DNA from: Pendulispora rubella
GTDB lineage: Bacteria > Myxococcota_A > Polyangia > Polyangiales > Polyangiaceae
Length of the DNA stretch: 64,000 bases
Reading direction: 5' to 3' (one strand)
Assembly (NCBI RefSeq): GCF_037157805.1
Contig: NZ_CP089983.1
Position 1 is the first letter of the stretch. The number at the start of each line of letters is the position of its first letter. The notes under the pieces are model-generated. The model did not search any database. It was not told the DNA's origin and saw only the letters and a list, made by a program, of their open reading frames with translations. Below are positions 20,704 through 29,848 of this stretch, one piece after another. A program made the translations under genes and the position numbers.

Positions 20704-22128
20704 ATGCCTCGAAGGACTTTGCTGGTGGCCTTACCGGCGATCGCGTCGATCGTCGCCGTGGTCGCGCAAGGCTGCAGCACCGGCACCGAAGACATGTCGG
20801 AGTTTTCGAACTACTCGCAGTCCGGCAACGGCGACGGTTCGAACGGCAACGACGACGGCGGCGGCATCAACATCGGGGACGGGGCTTTGGGGAGCGGCAA
20901 GGACGCGAGCTGGGACGGCACCGCGTGCGCAGGTGCGCGCGCCGAAGCGTTCCGCGTGCCCATCTACATGCAGATCGTCCAAGACGGCTCGGGAAGCATG
21001 GATGCCTACAACGGCAGTCCGCCCGACACGTACATTCCGGGCGGCCGCGAGAAGGATCCGCTCAACCCCACGCGCCCCGCGAAGAGAGACGACGGCAAAC
21101 CCTCGTGCGGCTTGCTCGGCTGCGAGGCCCAATGGGCGGGCCTGACGGGCAAGAAGTGGCTCGCCGCGCGTGGCTCACTGACGGCCTTCGTCGACTCCCT
21201 TTCCAACGAACAAAACACGACGTTCGGAGTCGGCTTCCTTCTGTTCTCCAGCACCGACCCGGGCAACTTCGGCGACTACTCGAGGGTCGACATCCCCATC
21301 AACAGGGTCGATGCGAACCAAGCATCGCGCATCAAGGCGCGCATGGCCCCGAAGGGCAGCGGCGCAGACGCGGTCTATCCGCAGGGTGGTACCCCACTCT
21401 ACGCATCCATTACCGGCCAAGGGGCCGTGTTGGCCAAGTTCGATCCGGCCAAGCCACCCACGTCGCTCGCTGCGGGCGGCAAGCGTATCCTCGTGGTCAT
21501 CACCGACGGCGTGCCCTCCCCGCGCGATGCCAACACGCAGGCCCAAGAGAACGAGGCCGTCCGCGCGGCCGTGGCCGCACTCAAAGCGGGCAATCCGTCC
21601 ATCACCACCTTCGTCATCGGCGTGGGCGATCCGACGGGGCCCGAGGGCGACTACGACGAGGGACTCCTCGGGAAGATGGCCGTCGCCGGCGGCGCCCCCA
21701 CCGCCGGGTGCAACCCCAATTGGGCCAACGGCGATGTGAACTCCGTCCCTTGCCATTTCCAGATCACCCCCGGCGATCGCAGCGCGCAGCAGATCGCGGC
21801 CGACTTCATCAAAGCGATGAACTCCATCCGCGACATCGTCGTTCCCTGCGATTTCCCCTTGGAGAAGTCCTCGGCCGACGCCGGCCAGATCGATCCCACG
21901 CGGGTCAATGTCGTCTACGAGCCGGGCGGCGGCGGCCCGCCCAAGCAGCTCGACCAATCGTCGACCGACGGCTGGGTGTACAACAACTACAACGCCGACG
22001 CGGGCGAGCTGCCCTCGAAGATCACGTTGAACGGCAATGCGTGCAAAACCCTGAAGAGCGATCCCGGAGGCAAGATCCGCATCGTCTTGGGCTGCAAGAC
22101 CGGCGACGAAGTCATCAAGGTGAATTAG
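20704..22128 (+). CDS. von Willebrand factor type A (VWA) domain lipoprotein
   Basis: RBS AAGGAGG 6 nt upstream of ATG 20704; lipobox IVAVVAQGCSTG; VWA/MIDAS-like segments (QDGSGSM, ILVVITDGVPS, TTFVIGVGD). Confidence 0.8.
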   Translation: MPRRTLLVALPAIASIVAVVAQGCSTGTEDMSEFSNYSQSGNGDGSNGNDDGGGINIGDGALGSGKDASWDGTACAGARAEAFRVPIYMQIVQDGSGSMDAYNGSPPDTYIPGGREKDPLNPTRPAKRDDGKPSCGLLGCEAQWAGLTGKKWLAARGSLTAFVDSLSNEQNTTFGVGFLLFSSTDPGNFGDYSRVDIPINRVDANQASRIKARMAPKGSGADAVYPQGGTPLYASITGQGAVLAKFDPAKPPTSLAAGGKRILVVITDGVPSPRDANTQAQENEAVRAAVAALKAGNPSITTFVIGVGDPTGPEGDYDEGLLGKMAVAGGAPTAGCNPNWANGDVNSVPCHFQITPGDRSAQQIAADFIKAMNSIRDIVVPCDFPLEKSSADAGQIDPTRVNVVYEPGGGGPPKQLDQSSTDGWVYNNYNADAGELPSKITLNGNACKTLKSDPGGKIRIVLGCKTGDEVIKVN

Positions 22129-23126
22129 CGCCGGAGCAGGGCCCGCAACGCGGCCATCGGATCGAAGCCCAAGGTGCCCGACACCGTCACGTCGGCGCCT
22201 GTGGCCGCCGATCCGAGGCGCTTGCGCAGGCTCTGCACCACGGGATCGAACCACCCGATGCGCTGGGTGAAATTGCGCAGCCCCTCCAGCGCGTAGCGCG
22301 AAACATCGACGCCGAGCGCGAGCCCCACCGCGCTCGGAATGGGCGTCACCACCACGTCGCGCAGGGCGACGGCACGGCCCCAGGCGCCCGGACGCGGATC
22401 GATCTGCAGCTCGCGAAAGCGCTCCACCTCCGCGAAAAAGCCCAGCGAAAGCGGCCCGTAATGATCCTCGACCGCGCGCACGAGGTGCCGGTAATCGCGC
22501 CGCCACTCGCCCGAGAGCACGCCCATCGCGGGGCGCAGTTCGTCGGGACCGGCGAGGACGTCGAACCCGCGCCCGCGCCGTCGCGCCACGAATGCGGTCC
22601 AGAGTTCCTCGTCCTTGAACATGCCCAGCGCGATGGTGTGCCCATCGGCACAGATCGATCCGATGGTGCGATCGATCATCGGCGCCGTGGGCACCGGCAC
22701 GCCGTGGAGCCGGCGCGGCCAGCTCTCGATGCCGCCCTCGCGGATCATCTCGCGCACGATGGTCACCAGGAGCAGCGCTTGCTGCGTGATGTCGTCCCCG
22801 CGCCGGGCGCGCGCGCCGAAGCGCTCCATCACCTCGTCGAGCGCCCCACGCTCGGCGGCGATTCCCCAGCTGGCATGCTGCGAACCGGCCAGCTCGGCCA
22901 GCGAAAAGGGCGGCCCATCGGGCGCGGGCGGCGGTGGCGGCGCAATCCGCCCCTTGGCCGTGTGAATCAGCTTCACCACCGTGTCCTTTTCGACGATGGC
23001 GATCACCCCACCGCGCGGCCGCGTCGGCTCGGCCTCGACCTTGACCGCACGCGGCTTCCACAGATCGAGAAACCGCGACCAGTCTTCCGTCTTCCACCCT
23101 TCGAAACGCACATCGGCGGTGAGCAC
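22125..23126 (-). CDS. Hypothetical protein
   Basis: ORF 22125..23831 (-) runs through the repeat element at 23175-23288 (repeat-encoded RLPPSSRLPVPL), so the true start is placed after it; candidate GTG at 23124-23126 (VLTADVRFEGWKTEDW...). No recognisable domain. Convergent with the VWA gene and overlapping it by 4 nt. Confidence 0.45.
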   Translation of the reverse strand: MLTADVRFEGWKTEDWSRFLDLWKPRAVKVEAEPTRPRGGVIAIVEKDTVVKLIHTAKGRIAPPPPPAPDGPPFSLAELAGSQHASWGIAAERGALDEVMERFGARARRGDDITQQALLLVTIVREMIREGGIESWPRRLHGVPVPTAPMIDRTIGSICADGHTIALGMFKDEELWTAFVARRRGRGFDVLAGPDELRPAMGVLSGEWRRDYRHLVRAVEDHYGPLSLGFFAEVERFRELQIDPRPGAWGRAVALRDVVVTPIPSAVGLALGVDVSRYALEGLRNFTQRIGWFDPVVQSLRKRLGSAATGADVTVSGTLGFDPMAALRALLRR

Positions 23127-23174
23127 GGCTCCGAGTCTAGCCGCATCTTGCAGCGCATTCGAACGAAGAGAGAG

Positions 23175-23288
23175 AGGAACAGGAAGACGGGAAGACGGGG
23201 GAAGACGGGAAGGATTCGAGATTGCGGAAACCGTGAGGAATGGTTCACCTCTCAACCTTCCCGTCTTCCCGTCTTCCTGTGAATTTTC
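23175..23288. repeat. Dispersed inverted-repeat element, copy B: left arm with three GGAAGACGG units, right arm CTTCCCGTCTTCCCGTCTTCCTGTGAATTT, ~42-bp unrelated spacer
   Basis: Read directly; right arm 30/30 identical to copy A right arm, left arm shares ACAGGAAGACGGGAAGAC core. Fills the divergent intergenic region between gene 22125..23126 (-) and gene 23301..24260 (+). Confidence 0.85.
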
Positions 23289-23300
23289 TGGCTTTCCACT

Positions 23301-24260
23301 ATGTTCCCGGCCATGCCGGTCACCGCGGAAGGCCTCTTTCGGACCCACTTCTTGCCGCTCTACCCGCCCGATGCGCAGGGCGACCTCGCGCGCGCTCGAA
23401 CGGTGGATGCCAATCCAGGGAAAAACCCAGCCATTTTGGCGCATCTGGAGGATGCCGCGCGCATCTTCGTGGCCCGCGCCGACACCTTGCTGGGACGCGA
23501 GGTCCACCTCGATTTCACCGACGCGAGCGTCCACCGCCTGAGCGCGGCGCTCACCCCCGAGCGACGCGATGGGTGGCTCGGCGCGGGTGAGGCGGGCACG
23601 GCCGAGAATGAGCTGTTCAACGTGGTCGTGCACGGCGCGGCTTACGTGGGTGCGTGCATTCTGCACGATCCGCGGCGCCAAGCGCGCTGGGCCGTGCGAA
23701 GGCCGCTCTGGGAAAGCGTCATCGAGCTCGCGTCCCCGGCGGGCGAGGCGCAGCTGGCCATCTTCCAGTGGTGGCTCAAATCGCTGGCCGACGACGATGC
23801 GGGCACCTTGGCCGATCGCTACCGCACCCACGTGGAGGTCCCCACGTGGCCGGCCACGTCACTCCCGAGCCTCGCGCCAAAGGACCGGCGCCTGCCGCGC
23901 ATCGCCAAGGGAGTTCGCTACGACGTCCTGTACAAGCATCTCAAGGCGCACCTTCCCGAGCTGCGCGATCTTGGAAAAGATTTTCCCAGCGCCGAACGCT
24001 TCGCCGAGCTCGGGCTTCGCTGGCTGGATTTTCTCCTGCTGGGCGAGGGCGACGAGGGGCGTATGCTCCTCATGTACGGACCGGGCGAGGGCGGCCTTCA
24101 TCTGATCTGGCTCGATCGGGGCGGCTTTCACAAATCGTCGTTCATCCCCGCGGAATCGTTCCCCGATCCGGTGGTGAAGACCGAAGGCGATCAGCTCGTG
24201 ATCTTCGTGTCGTGGGACAAGAAGCCCGTCGTACACCGGATGCTCTGGTGGGGACCGTAG
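23301..24260 (+). CDS. Hypothetical protein (conserved-looking, no recognised domain)
   Basis: 319-aa ORF with GC3-biased codon usage, immediately upstream of and co-directional with the HAMP histidine kinase (14-nt gap). Confidence 0.5.
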   Translation: MFPAMPVTAEGLFRTHFLPLYPPDAQGDLARARTVDANPGKNPAILAHLEDAARIFVARADTLLGREVHLDFTDASVHRLSAALTPERRDGWLGAGEAGTAENELFNVVVHGAAYVGACILHDPRRQARWAVRRPLWESVIELASPAGEAQLAIFQWWLKSLADDDAGTLADRYRTHVEVPTWPATSLPSLAPKDRRLPRIAKGVRYDVLYKHLKAHLPELRDLGKDFPSAERFAELGLRWLDFLLLGEGDEGRMLLMYGPGEGGLHLIWLDRGGFHKSSFIPAESFPDPVVKTEGDQLVIFVSWDKKPVVHRMLWWGP

Positions 24261-24273
24261 TAGACTGAAGCCC

Positions 24274-25920
24274 GTGCGTATTCCGGGTAAGACCGAGCGG
24301 CGACTTGCGCTGGCCATTCTGATGTCGGCGATGCTGCCGCTCCTCGTGGCGGTCCTCTTCGCCAATTCGCTCTTCCGGCAAGCGTCCTCCATCTGGTTCA
24401 ACCCGGAGGTGGGCCAGCAGCTCGATCGGGGCGTGGCGGTCTACAAGGACTACGTCAAGGCGATCCGCGACGACATGAAGCACCAGGCCGACGCCATCGC
24501 GGCCGACGAGGTGCTGCGCGAGGCCGCGGAGCACCGCAACACGGAGCTCGTCGAAGCGCAGCTCGATGCGCTGTTTCCGCGCTACCCGTCGCTGGTCGAG
24601 CTCCACATCTTCGATCCGGAGAACCGCCCCCTCGCCTCGCGCGATCGCGGTCGCCCGGTGGACGACGCCACCGAGCGAAGCCTCGAGCAGCGCCGTCAGC
24701 TGTCGACGGATGCCACGCCGCCCATGCTGGTGGCCACCTTCGCCATCGACCGGCAGCGCCTCGACGAATTGGAGCGCAACGGCGCCGTGGTGACGAACTA
24801 CCACCAACTGGAGGCCTCCCGCGGCGAGCTGTATCAGGGCTACCTCCTCGCCTTCGCGGCGCTGCTCGGGATCACCTTCCTGGTGACCATCGTCCTCGGC
24901 ACCTTGCTCGCGCGTGGAGTCACCTTGCGCATCAACCGGCTGGCCGCGGCCATCAGCTTGGTCGGCCAGGGCGATCTCAGTGTGCGCGTGCCGGTGACCG
25001 GCTCCGACGAGCTGACCGATCTCGCGCGCACGTTCAACCGCATGCTCACCGAGATGGGCCAATCGCGCGCGCGCATCGAGTTCCTCCAGCGCATCGGCGC
25101 CTGGCAGGAGATGGCCCAGCGCCTCGCGCACGAGATCAAGAACCCGCTGACACCCATCCAGCTCGCCGTTCAAGAGTGCCACCGCAAGTACGCCGGCGAG
25201 GATCCGCGCTTCCGGGCACTGCTCGACACGACGTTGGAAATCGTCGAGGAGGAGGTGGGCACGTTGCGCCGCCTGGTGGGCGACTTCTCCAATTTCGCGC
25301 GCTTGCCCAACGTGGAGCTCAAAGAGTCGAGCCTGCGCGAGTTCTTGCGCGAATGCTCCGAGCAACTCTCGCACCTCGAGGAAACGAGCATCCCCGGCGA
25401 GGGCGCCTTCATGGACCTGACGGCCAACGTGGACATAACCTGGGACGTGCCCGACGAGCCGCTCACCGCCGCCATCGACCGCCAAATGCTGCGGCGTGTG
25501 CTCGTCAACCTGGTGCGCAACGCGGTGCAAGCCATCCGCGACGCCGCCCCGGAGGCCGCGCGCACGTCGGAGGCGAGCGTCATCGGTCACGTGCAGGTGA
25601 AAGCCTTGGCCGAGGACGACGGCGCCGTCATCACCATCGACGACGACGGCCCGGGCGTCCCCGAGGAAGCGCGCAGCCGCATCTTCGATCCGTACTTCAC
25701 GACGAAACACGACGGCACGGGCCTGGGCCTCGCCATCGTGAAGAAGGTCGTCGTCGAGCACGGTGGTGCCATCGACGTCGGCGAAAGCCACCTGGGGGGC
25801 GCCCGTTTCATCGTGCACCTCCCGCGCACCATCACCCAAGCCGAAACCCGCGCCCGCAAGGCCCGCGAAGGCGCCCTCTCCCGCCCCTTGTCCAGCACCG
25901 GCGGCGTCTCCCGGGATTAG
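24274..25920 (+). CDS. Sensor histidine kinase with two TM helices, periplasmic domain, HAMP, HisKA and HATPase_c
   Basis: TM1 LALAILMSAMLPLLVAVLFA, TM2 LLAFAALLGITFLVTIVLGTLLA, HAMP (RINRLAAAISLVGQGDLSVRV...ELTDLARTFNRM), H-box AHEIKNPLTPIQ, N-box LVNLVRNAVQA, G-boxes DDGPGVP, GTGLGLAIV. No cognate response regulator adjacent. Confidence 0.85.
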   Translation: MRIPGKTERRLALAILMSAMLPLLVAVLFANSLFRQASSIWFNPEVGQQLDRGVAVYKDYVKAIRDDMKHQADAIAADEVLREAAEHRNTELVEAQLDALFPRYPSLVELHIFDPENRPLASRDRGRPVDDATERSLEQRRQLSTDATPPMLVATFAIDRQRLDELERNGAVVTNYHQLEASRGELYQGYLLAFAALLGITFLVTIVLGTLLARGVTLRINRLAAAISLVGQGDLSVRVPVTGSDELTDLARTFNRMLTEMGQSRARIEFLQRIGAWQEMAQRLAHEIKNPLTPIQLAVQECHRKYAGEDPRFRALLDTTLEIVEEEVGTLRRLVGDFSNFARLPNVELKESSLREFLRECSEQLSHLEETSIPGEGAFMDLTANVDITWDVPDEPLTAAIDRQMLRRVLVNLVRNAVQAIRDAAPEAARTSEASVIGHVQVKALAEDDGAVITIDDDGPGVPEEARSRIFDPYFTTKHDGTGLGLAIVKKVVVEHGGAIDVGESHLGGARFIVHLPRTITQAETRARKAREGALSRPLSSTGGVSRD

Positions 25921-25925
25921 CCCCC

Positions 25926-26123
25926 ATGGCCGACGAGCGCATCAACCTCGCCGATCCCGACTTCGAGCCCACAGACGAACAATTGCGGGAGCTGTCGCGG
26001 CGGGCATTCGCTGGTGTCCGCGAGCAGCATCAGGCGGCTTTGAAACGAATTCATCAAGAGATCGCCAAAGGGCGCCAGGATCGACGCCAGCACTGGGGCG
26101 ACACAAAGAATCGCAAACCGTGA
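25926..26123 (+). CDS. Small ORF (65 aa), putative antitoxin/partner of downstream zeta-toxin-like kinase
   Basis: MADERINLADPDFEPTDEQLRELSRRAFAGVREQHQAALKRIHQEIAKG...; its TGA (26121-26123) overlaps the GTG (26120) of the downstream P-loop gene (GTGA coupling). No homology recognisable by eye. Confidence 0.4.
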   Translation: MADERINLADPDFEPTDEQLRELSRRAFAGVREQHQAALKRIHQEIAKGRQDRRQHWGDTKNRKP

Positions 26124-26722
26124 AGAACCCCGTGCTTCTCATCATCGCCGGTCCCAACGGCGCCGGAAAAACCACGGTCACGGTCCGGTTGAAAAAAGAG
26201 AAATGGAGCGAGGACGTGGAGTACCTCAATCCCGACGATGTCGCCCAGGAGCGCTTTGGTGACTGGAACTCGGAGGAGGCCGTTCGTAGCGCCGCAACAT
26301 GGACGACAGCTCGACGCGAAGAGCTTCTTGCGCATCGGCAAGGACTCGGATTCGAGACGGTGTTTTCAGCGCCCGACAAGATCGACTTTCTGGCGCGTGC
26401 ACGCGCTGCCGGTTACTTCGTGCGCATGTTGCGGATAAACGCAGGCCGCGTCGCAGGGCGGTTCATGTCGGGAGGCCACTCGGTGCCAATCGAGAAGATC
26501 GTCAACCGCTATACGCGGTCGATGATCAATCTGGGCGATGCCATCCGACTCGCGAACCGCGTCTACATCTACGACAACTCCGTCGATGACCGCGATGCGG
26601 AGCTGTGTGCGCGCACGCAGGATGGTCTCTTACGCAAGGTCTACGCTCCCCTACCCCCGTGGGTTGCCGATGCGACGGAATCGCTGCCGCGGCATCTCGA
26701 ATTTGCGGACCTTCGCGCGTAG
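26120..26722 (+). CDS. Zeta-toxin-family / COG4185-type P-loop kinase (~200 aa)
   Basis: Walker A directly at N-terminus PVLLIIAGPNGAGKTTV; downstream conserved RxxxRVxxGGHxVPxExIxxRY-like block (RINAGRVAGRFMSGGHSVPIEKIVNRY) typical of zeta-toxin/AAA_33-like kinases. Confidence 0.65.
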   Translation: MKNPVLLIIAGPNGAGKTTVTVRLKKEKWSEDVEYLNPDDVAQERFGDWNSEEAVRSAATWTTARREELLAHRQGLGFETVFSAPDKIDFLARARAAGYFVRMLRINAGRVAGRFMSGGHSVPIEKIVNRYTRSMINLGDAIRLANRVYIYDNSVDDRDAELCARTQDGLLRKVYAPLPPWVADATESLPRHLEFADLRA

Positions 26723-26767
26723 TCGCCGAAACCTTGGGTGCATGCTAACCGTAGAACGACGAAAGCC

Positions 26768-27349
26768 ATGACGATGTCGGCCGAGAAGACCCGAACCGCG
26801 CCCGGTGGAGGCGGAAACAGCATTTACCATTCGGTGGCCATCGCGGTCATGGTGGTGGGCGTCATTTTGGGGTTCGCCGTGCTCCCGCGCTGGTTTCACG
26901 CATCGGAGGGCGGGGCGCTTTCGGGCAAGCCAGGACCGGAGTTTCAACTCGAGGTCGTTGCCAATGCCCCGCAGGACGGACAGCGCACGCTCGCGTTGAA
27001 CGAGTACAAAGGGAAAGCCGTCGTGCTCGACTTTTGGGCCACGTGGTGCGGGCCCTGCCAGGCGCAATCGCCCGTGCTCGACAAGCTGGCGCACCGCTAC
27101 CAAGACCAAGGCGTGGCCGTGGTCGGCATCAACACCAGCGACGCCCCCGGCGCCGCGGCGAAGTGGGCGCGTGCGCATCAGATCACGTACCCCATCGTCT
27201 ACGACGACGAGGGCGAGATCTCGCACGCGTACGGCGTGAGCAACCTGCCCACGCTCGTCATCCTCTCGCGCGAAGGCAAAGTCGTCGCCGTCCGCGAAGG
27301 CTTCACCGACGCCTCCGAGCTCGAGTCACTCCTCAAGCGCGTCCTGTAA
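26768..27349 (+). CDS. TlpA/ResA-like thiol-disulfide oxidoreductase (thioredoxin fold, membrane-anchored)
   Basis: TM anchor VAIAVMVVGVILGFAVL; active site FWATWCGPCQAQSP; NLPTLVIL cis-Pro region. Start among GTG 26738 / ATG 26768 / ATG 26774. Confidence 0.8.
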   Translation: MTMSAEKTRTAPGGGGNSIYHSVAIAVMVVGVILGFAVLPRWFHASEGGALSGKPGPEFQLEVVANAPQDGQRTLALNEYKGKAVVLDFWATWCGPCQAQSPVLDKLAHRYQDQGVAVVGINTSDAPGAAAKWARAHQITYPIVYDDEGEISHAYGVSNLPTLVILSREGKVVAVREGFTDASELESLLKRVL

Positions 27350-27356
27350 CGTTGCT

Positions 27357-28196
27357 TCAGCGACCGCGCATCGGCAGAAAAAAGCGCATCCCGGTGAGCT
27401 CGTTCACCCCGACGTAGAGATCCGTGTCGAAGGTCTCGCGCAGCCGCGCGTAGGTCATCACCTCCTCCACCGTCCCCACCGCGAGGAAGCGCCCGCCCTT
27501 CATCAACGCCACCCGCGACGCGTACTGCGAGGCGATGTTGATGTCGTGCATCACCACCACGCACGCGAGCTTCTGGCGCGCGACCTGCTCGGCGAGAAGG
27601 TCGTAAAGCGCAATTTTATGTCGTACATCGAAAAATGCAGCCGGCTCGTCGAGCAGCAGCGCGCGCGGGCGCTGGGCCAATGCCCGCGCGATCGCTACCC
27701 GCTTTTGCTCGCCGCCGCTCAGGGCGAGCACCGGCCGGTCCGCAAAGGCAGCCAATTCGCAGTGTTGGATGGCCTCCTCGACGATGCTGACGTCCTCGTC
27801 GGTGGCACGCATCCAGCCGCCCTGGTGGGGGGCGCGGCCCATCATCACCACATCGCGCACCCGGAAACCGAAGGACATTTCCTCGGTCTGGCCGACCACC
27901 GCCATGGAGCGGGCCAGAGCGCGCCGATCGCACGCACCCAGCGGTGTTCCAAAAAGGCGAACCTGCCCGGATGTCGGCTCGAGCGTGCCCGAAAGCACAC
28001 GAAGCAGCGTACTCTTGCCTGCTCCGTTCGCACCCAGCAGCGCGACGAGCTCTCCCTCGGCCACGGTAAGATCCACGCCATCGAGAACGAAGGGTGAAAA
28101 CGAGCCTTTCGGCGCCTTCTGTGCGTAGCTTGCGCAAACGGCAACGGCCTCGAGCGCCGGCGACGTCAATTCCTCGCCCCGATTGGTCGACATCAA
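27357..28196 (-). CDS. ABC transporter ATP-binding protein (FecE/FepC/BtuD-like)
   Basis: Walker A GANGAGKST, signature LSGGEQKRVAIARAL, Walker B LLLDEP, H-loop VVMHD. No permease or substrate-binding genes adjacent (orphan ATPase). Confidence 0.85.
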   Translation of the reverse strand: MMSTNRGEELTSPALEAVAVCASYAQKAPKGSFSPFVLDGVDLTVAEGELVALLGANGAGKSTLLRVLSGTLEPTSGQVRLFGTPLGACDRRALARSMAVVGQTEEMSFGFRVRDVVMMGRAPHQGGWMRATDEDVSIVEEAIQHCELAAFADRPVLALSGGEQKRVAIARALAQRPRALLLDEPAAFFDVRHKIALYDLLAEQVARQKLACVVVMHDINIASQYASRVALMKGGRFLAVGTVEEVMTYARLRETFDTDLYVGVNELTGMRFFLPMRGR

Positions 28197-28333
28197 GGTA
28201 CGCTCTTCATAGTTGGACTTATCTTAATACTGGTGCCCGAACTCATCCCCTATCTGCATGGGGGGTGGGCCGACCGAGGGTGCGAAGGTTTTCTCCCTTT
28301 TTTTCCAAACTGTAGACGGAGGCAGCGTCAATC

Positions 28334-28987
28334 GTGGACCCCAAGCCCGAGACAAGCTCGCAAACCGCCGAGAACGCGCAACCGTCCCCGGACAGGCAGC
28401 GGCGCGTGATCAAGCGGTATTCGAACCGCAAACTGTATGACACCAAGGACAGTCGCTACGTCACGCTGCTGCAAATCGCCGAAATGGTGCGCACCAGTGA
28501 GGACGTACAAATCATCGACAACACGTCGAAGGAAGATCTGACCGAGGTCACCCTCGCGCAGATCATCTACGAGGAGCAGAAAGCTCACGCGCGCAACGTG
28601 CCGCTCCAGACCCTCAAGGAGCTCATTCACTCGCGCACGGAGAAGGTGCTCTCGGATTTGCGCGAAGGTCCGATTGGCCGGCTCATTCCGGTGCCGAAGG
28701 GCAAGGCGGAAGGCGAAGTCGAGGCGGCGGCGGAGGTCCCCGAGAAGATCGAGGAAGCCCACGGCTCGAAGCCGAGTCTCGTCAACCAGGCCAAAGAGAC
28801 GCTGGAAGACTGGCAGCACAAGATCGACGAACGCATTCGCGCCATCCTGCCCAGCATCACCCCGTGGGAGCAGCTCACCAACGAGGTCCGCCGCCTGGGT
28901 CAGCGCATCGAAGAGCTCGAGAAGAAATTGAAGAGCGCGCCATCCAAGAGCGAGAACGGCAACAGCGAAAACAAGGATGTAAAATAA
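28334..28987 (+). CDS. phaR: PhaR-like polyhydroxyalkanoate-synthesis repressor (PHB_acc_N domain)
   Basis: GTG 28334; N-terminal IKRYSNRKLYDTKDSRYVTLLQIAEMVRTSEDVQIIDNTSKEDLTEVTLAQII matches PhaR DNA-binding N-domain; coiled-coil Lys/Glu-rich C-terminus. Confidence 0.7.
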   Translation: MDPKPETSSQTAENAQPSPDRQRRVIKRYSNRKLYDTKDSRYVTLLQIAEMVRTSEDVQIIDNTSKEDLTEVTLAQIIYEEQKAHARNVPLQTLKELIHSRTEKVLSDLREGPIGRLIPVPKGKAEGEVEAAAEVPEKIEEAHGSKPSLVNQAKETLEDWQHKIDERIRAILPSITPWEQLTNEVRRLGQRIEELEKKLKSAPSKSENGNSENKDVK

Positions 28988-29179
28988 CGTTTAGGGTGGG
29001 GCGTACAGGGAGCCTCCTCGGGTTGCCGTGCTTATCTTGCGTCCAAGTGCAGGCAAGCGCAGGAGCTTGCAAGTTTGCGCAGGTTTGCACGTGTTTGGGG
29101 TGTCTGAGGGTTTTGCCCGAATCGTAGGGAATACCTCCCGGATACCCCCTGTTGGCCTCGAGTGAAGGGACGCTCCACC

Positions 29180-29848
29180 ATGTCGGCTTTCGCGACGGAA
29201 GACGAAAAGTTCAAAGATTCCGATGTTTTCACGGAAGAGACGCTGTCTCATCTGGACGCGATGTACGCCGTGGCGTGCCGCCTGACACGGAATCCAACCG
29301 AAGCGGAAGACCTCGTGCAGGACACGATGGTCAAAGCCATGCGAGCCCGCGATCAGTTTCGCGCGGGCACCAACCTGAAAGCATGGCTCTTCCGTATCCT
29401 GACCAACACGTTCATCAACAAGTACCGCCGAGGTGGGTTGGAGCGTGCGCTGTTCGACGGGCCGGATGCCGACCCGCTGGCGGACGGCTGGGTGAGCGCA
29501 TCGACCATGCGCCAACTTCGCGATCCGGAGCAGATCGCGTTGATGCCCATCGTCGAGGGCGAGGTTCGTACCGCCCTGGACAAGCTGCCCGCCGAATTTC
29601 GACTGGCCGTGGTTTTGTGCGACGTCGAGGAATTTTCCTACGAAGAGATCGCCGACATCATGGGGTGCCCGATTGGCACGGTCATGAGCCGCCTGCATCG
29701 CGGACGTAAGCTTCTTCAACGTGCCCTCTATGGACACGCGCTGGCTTTGGGTATCGTCAAGGGTGAGGACAGTGTCGGAACTGCGTCCGAAGAGTCGGCG
29801 CCGACCGATCTTGCGACCTACCGAGCGAAGAGGCGCAAAGCCGGATGA
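29180..29848 (+). CDS. ECF (RpoE-like) sigma-70 family sigma factor
   Basis: Region 2 ([41 protein letters not shown]) and region 4 ([29 protein letters not shown]); ATG 29180 preferred. Confidence 0.85.
   Translation: MSAFATEDEKFKDSDVFTEETLSHLDAMYAVACRLTRNPTEAEDLVQDTMVKAMRARDQFRAGTNLKAWLFRILTNTFINKYRRGGLERALFDGPDADPLADGWVSASTMRQLRDPEQIALMPIVEGEVRTALDKLPAEFRLAVVLCDVEEFSYEEIADIMGCPIGTVMSRLHRGRKLLQRALYGHALALGIVKGEDSVGTASEESAPTDLATYRAKRRKAG

Noticed and set aside
20925-23282. 785-aa ORF on the plus strand
   Set aside because: Frame-shifted overlap of the VWA lipoprotein gene and antisense to the downstream minus-strand gene; Arg-rich junk translation.
22125-23831. Full 568-aa extent of the minus-strand ORF
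   Set aside because: The N-terminal 235 codons include translation of the dispersed inverted-repeat element (RLPPSSRLPVPL) and Arg-rich filler; the gene was truncated to start after the repeat (around 23126).
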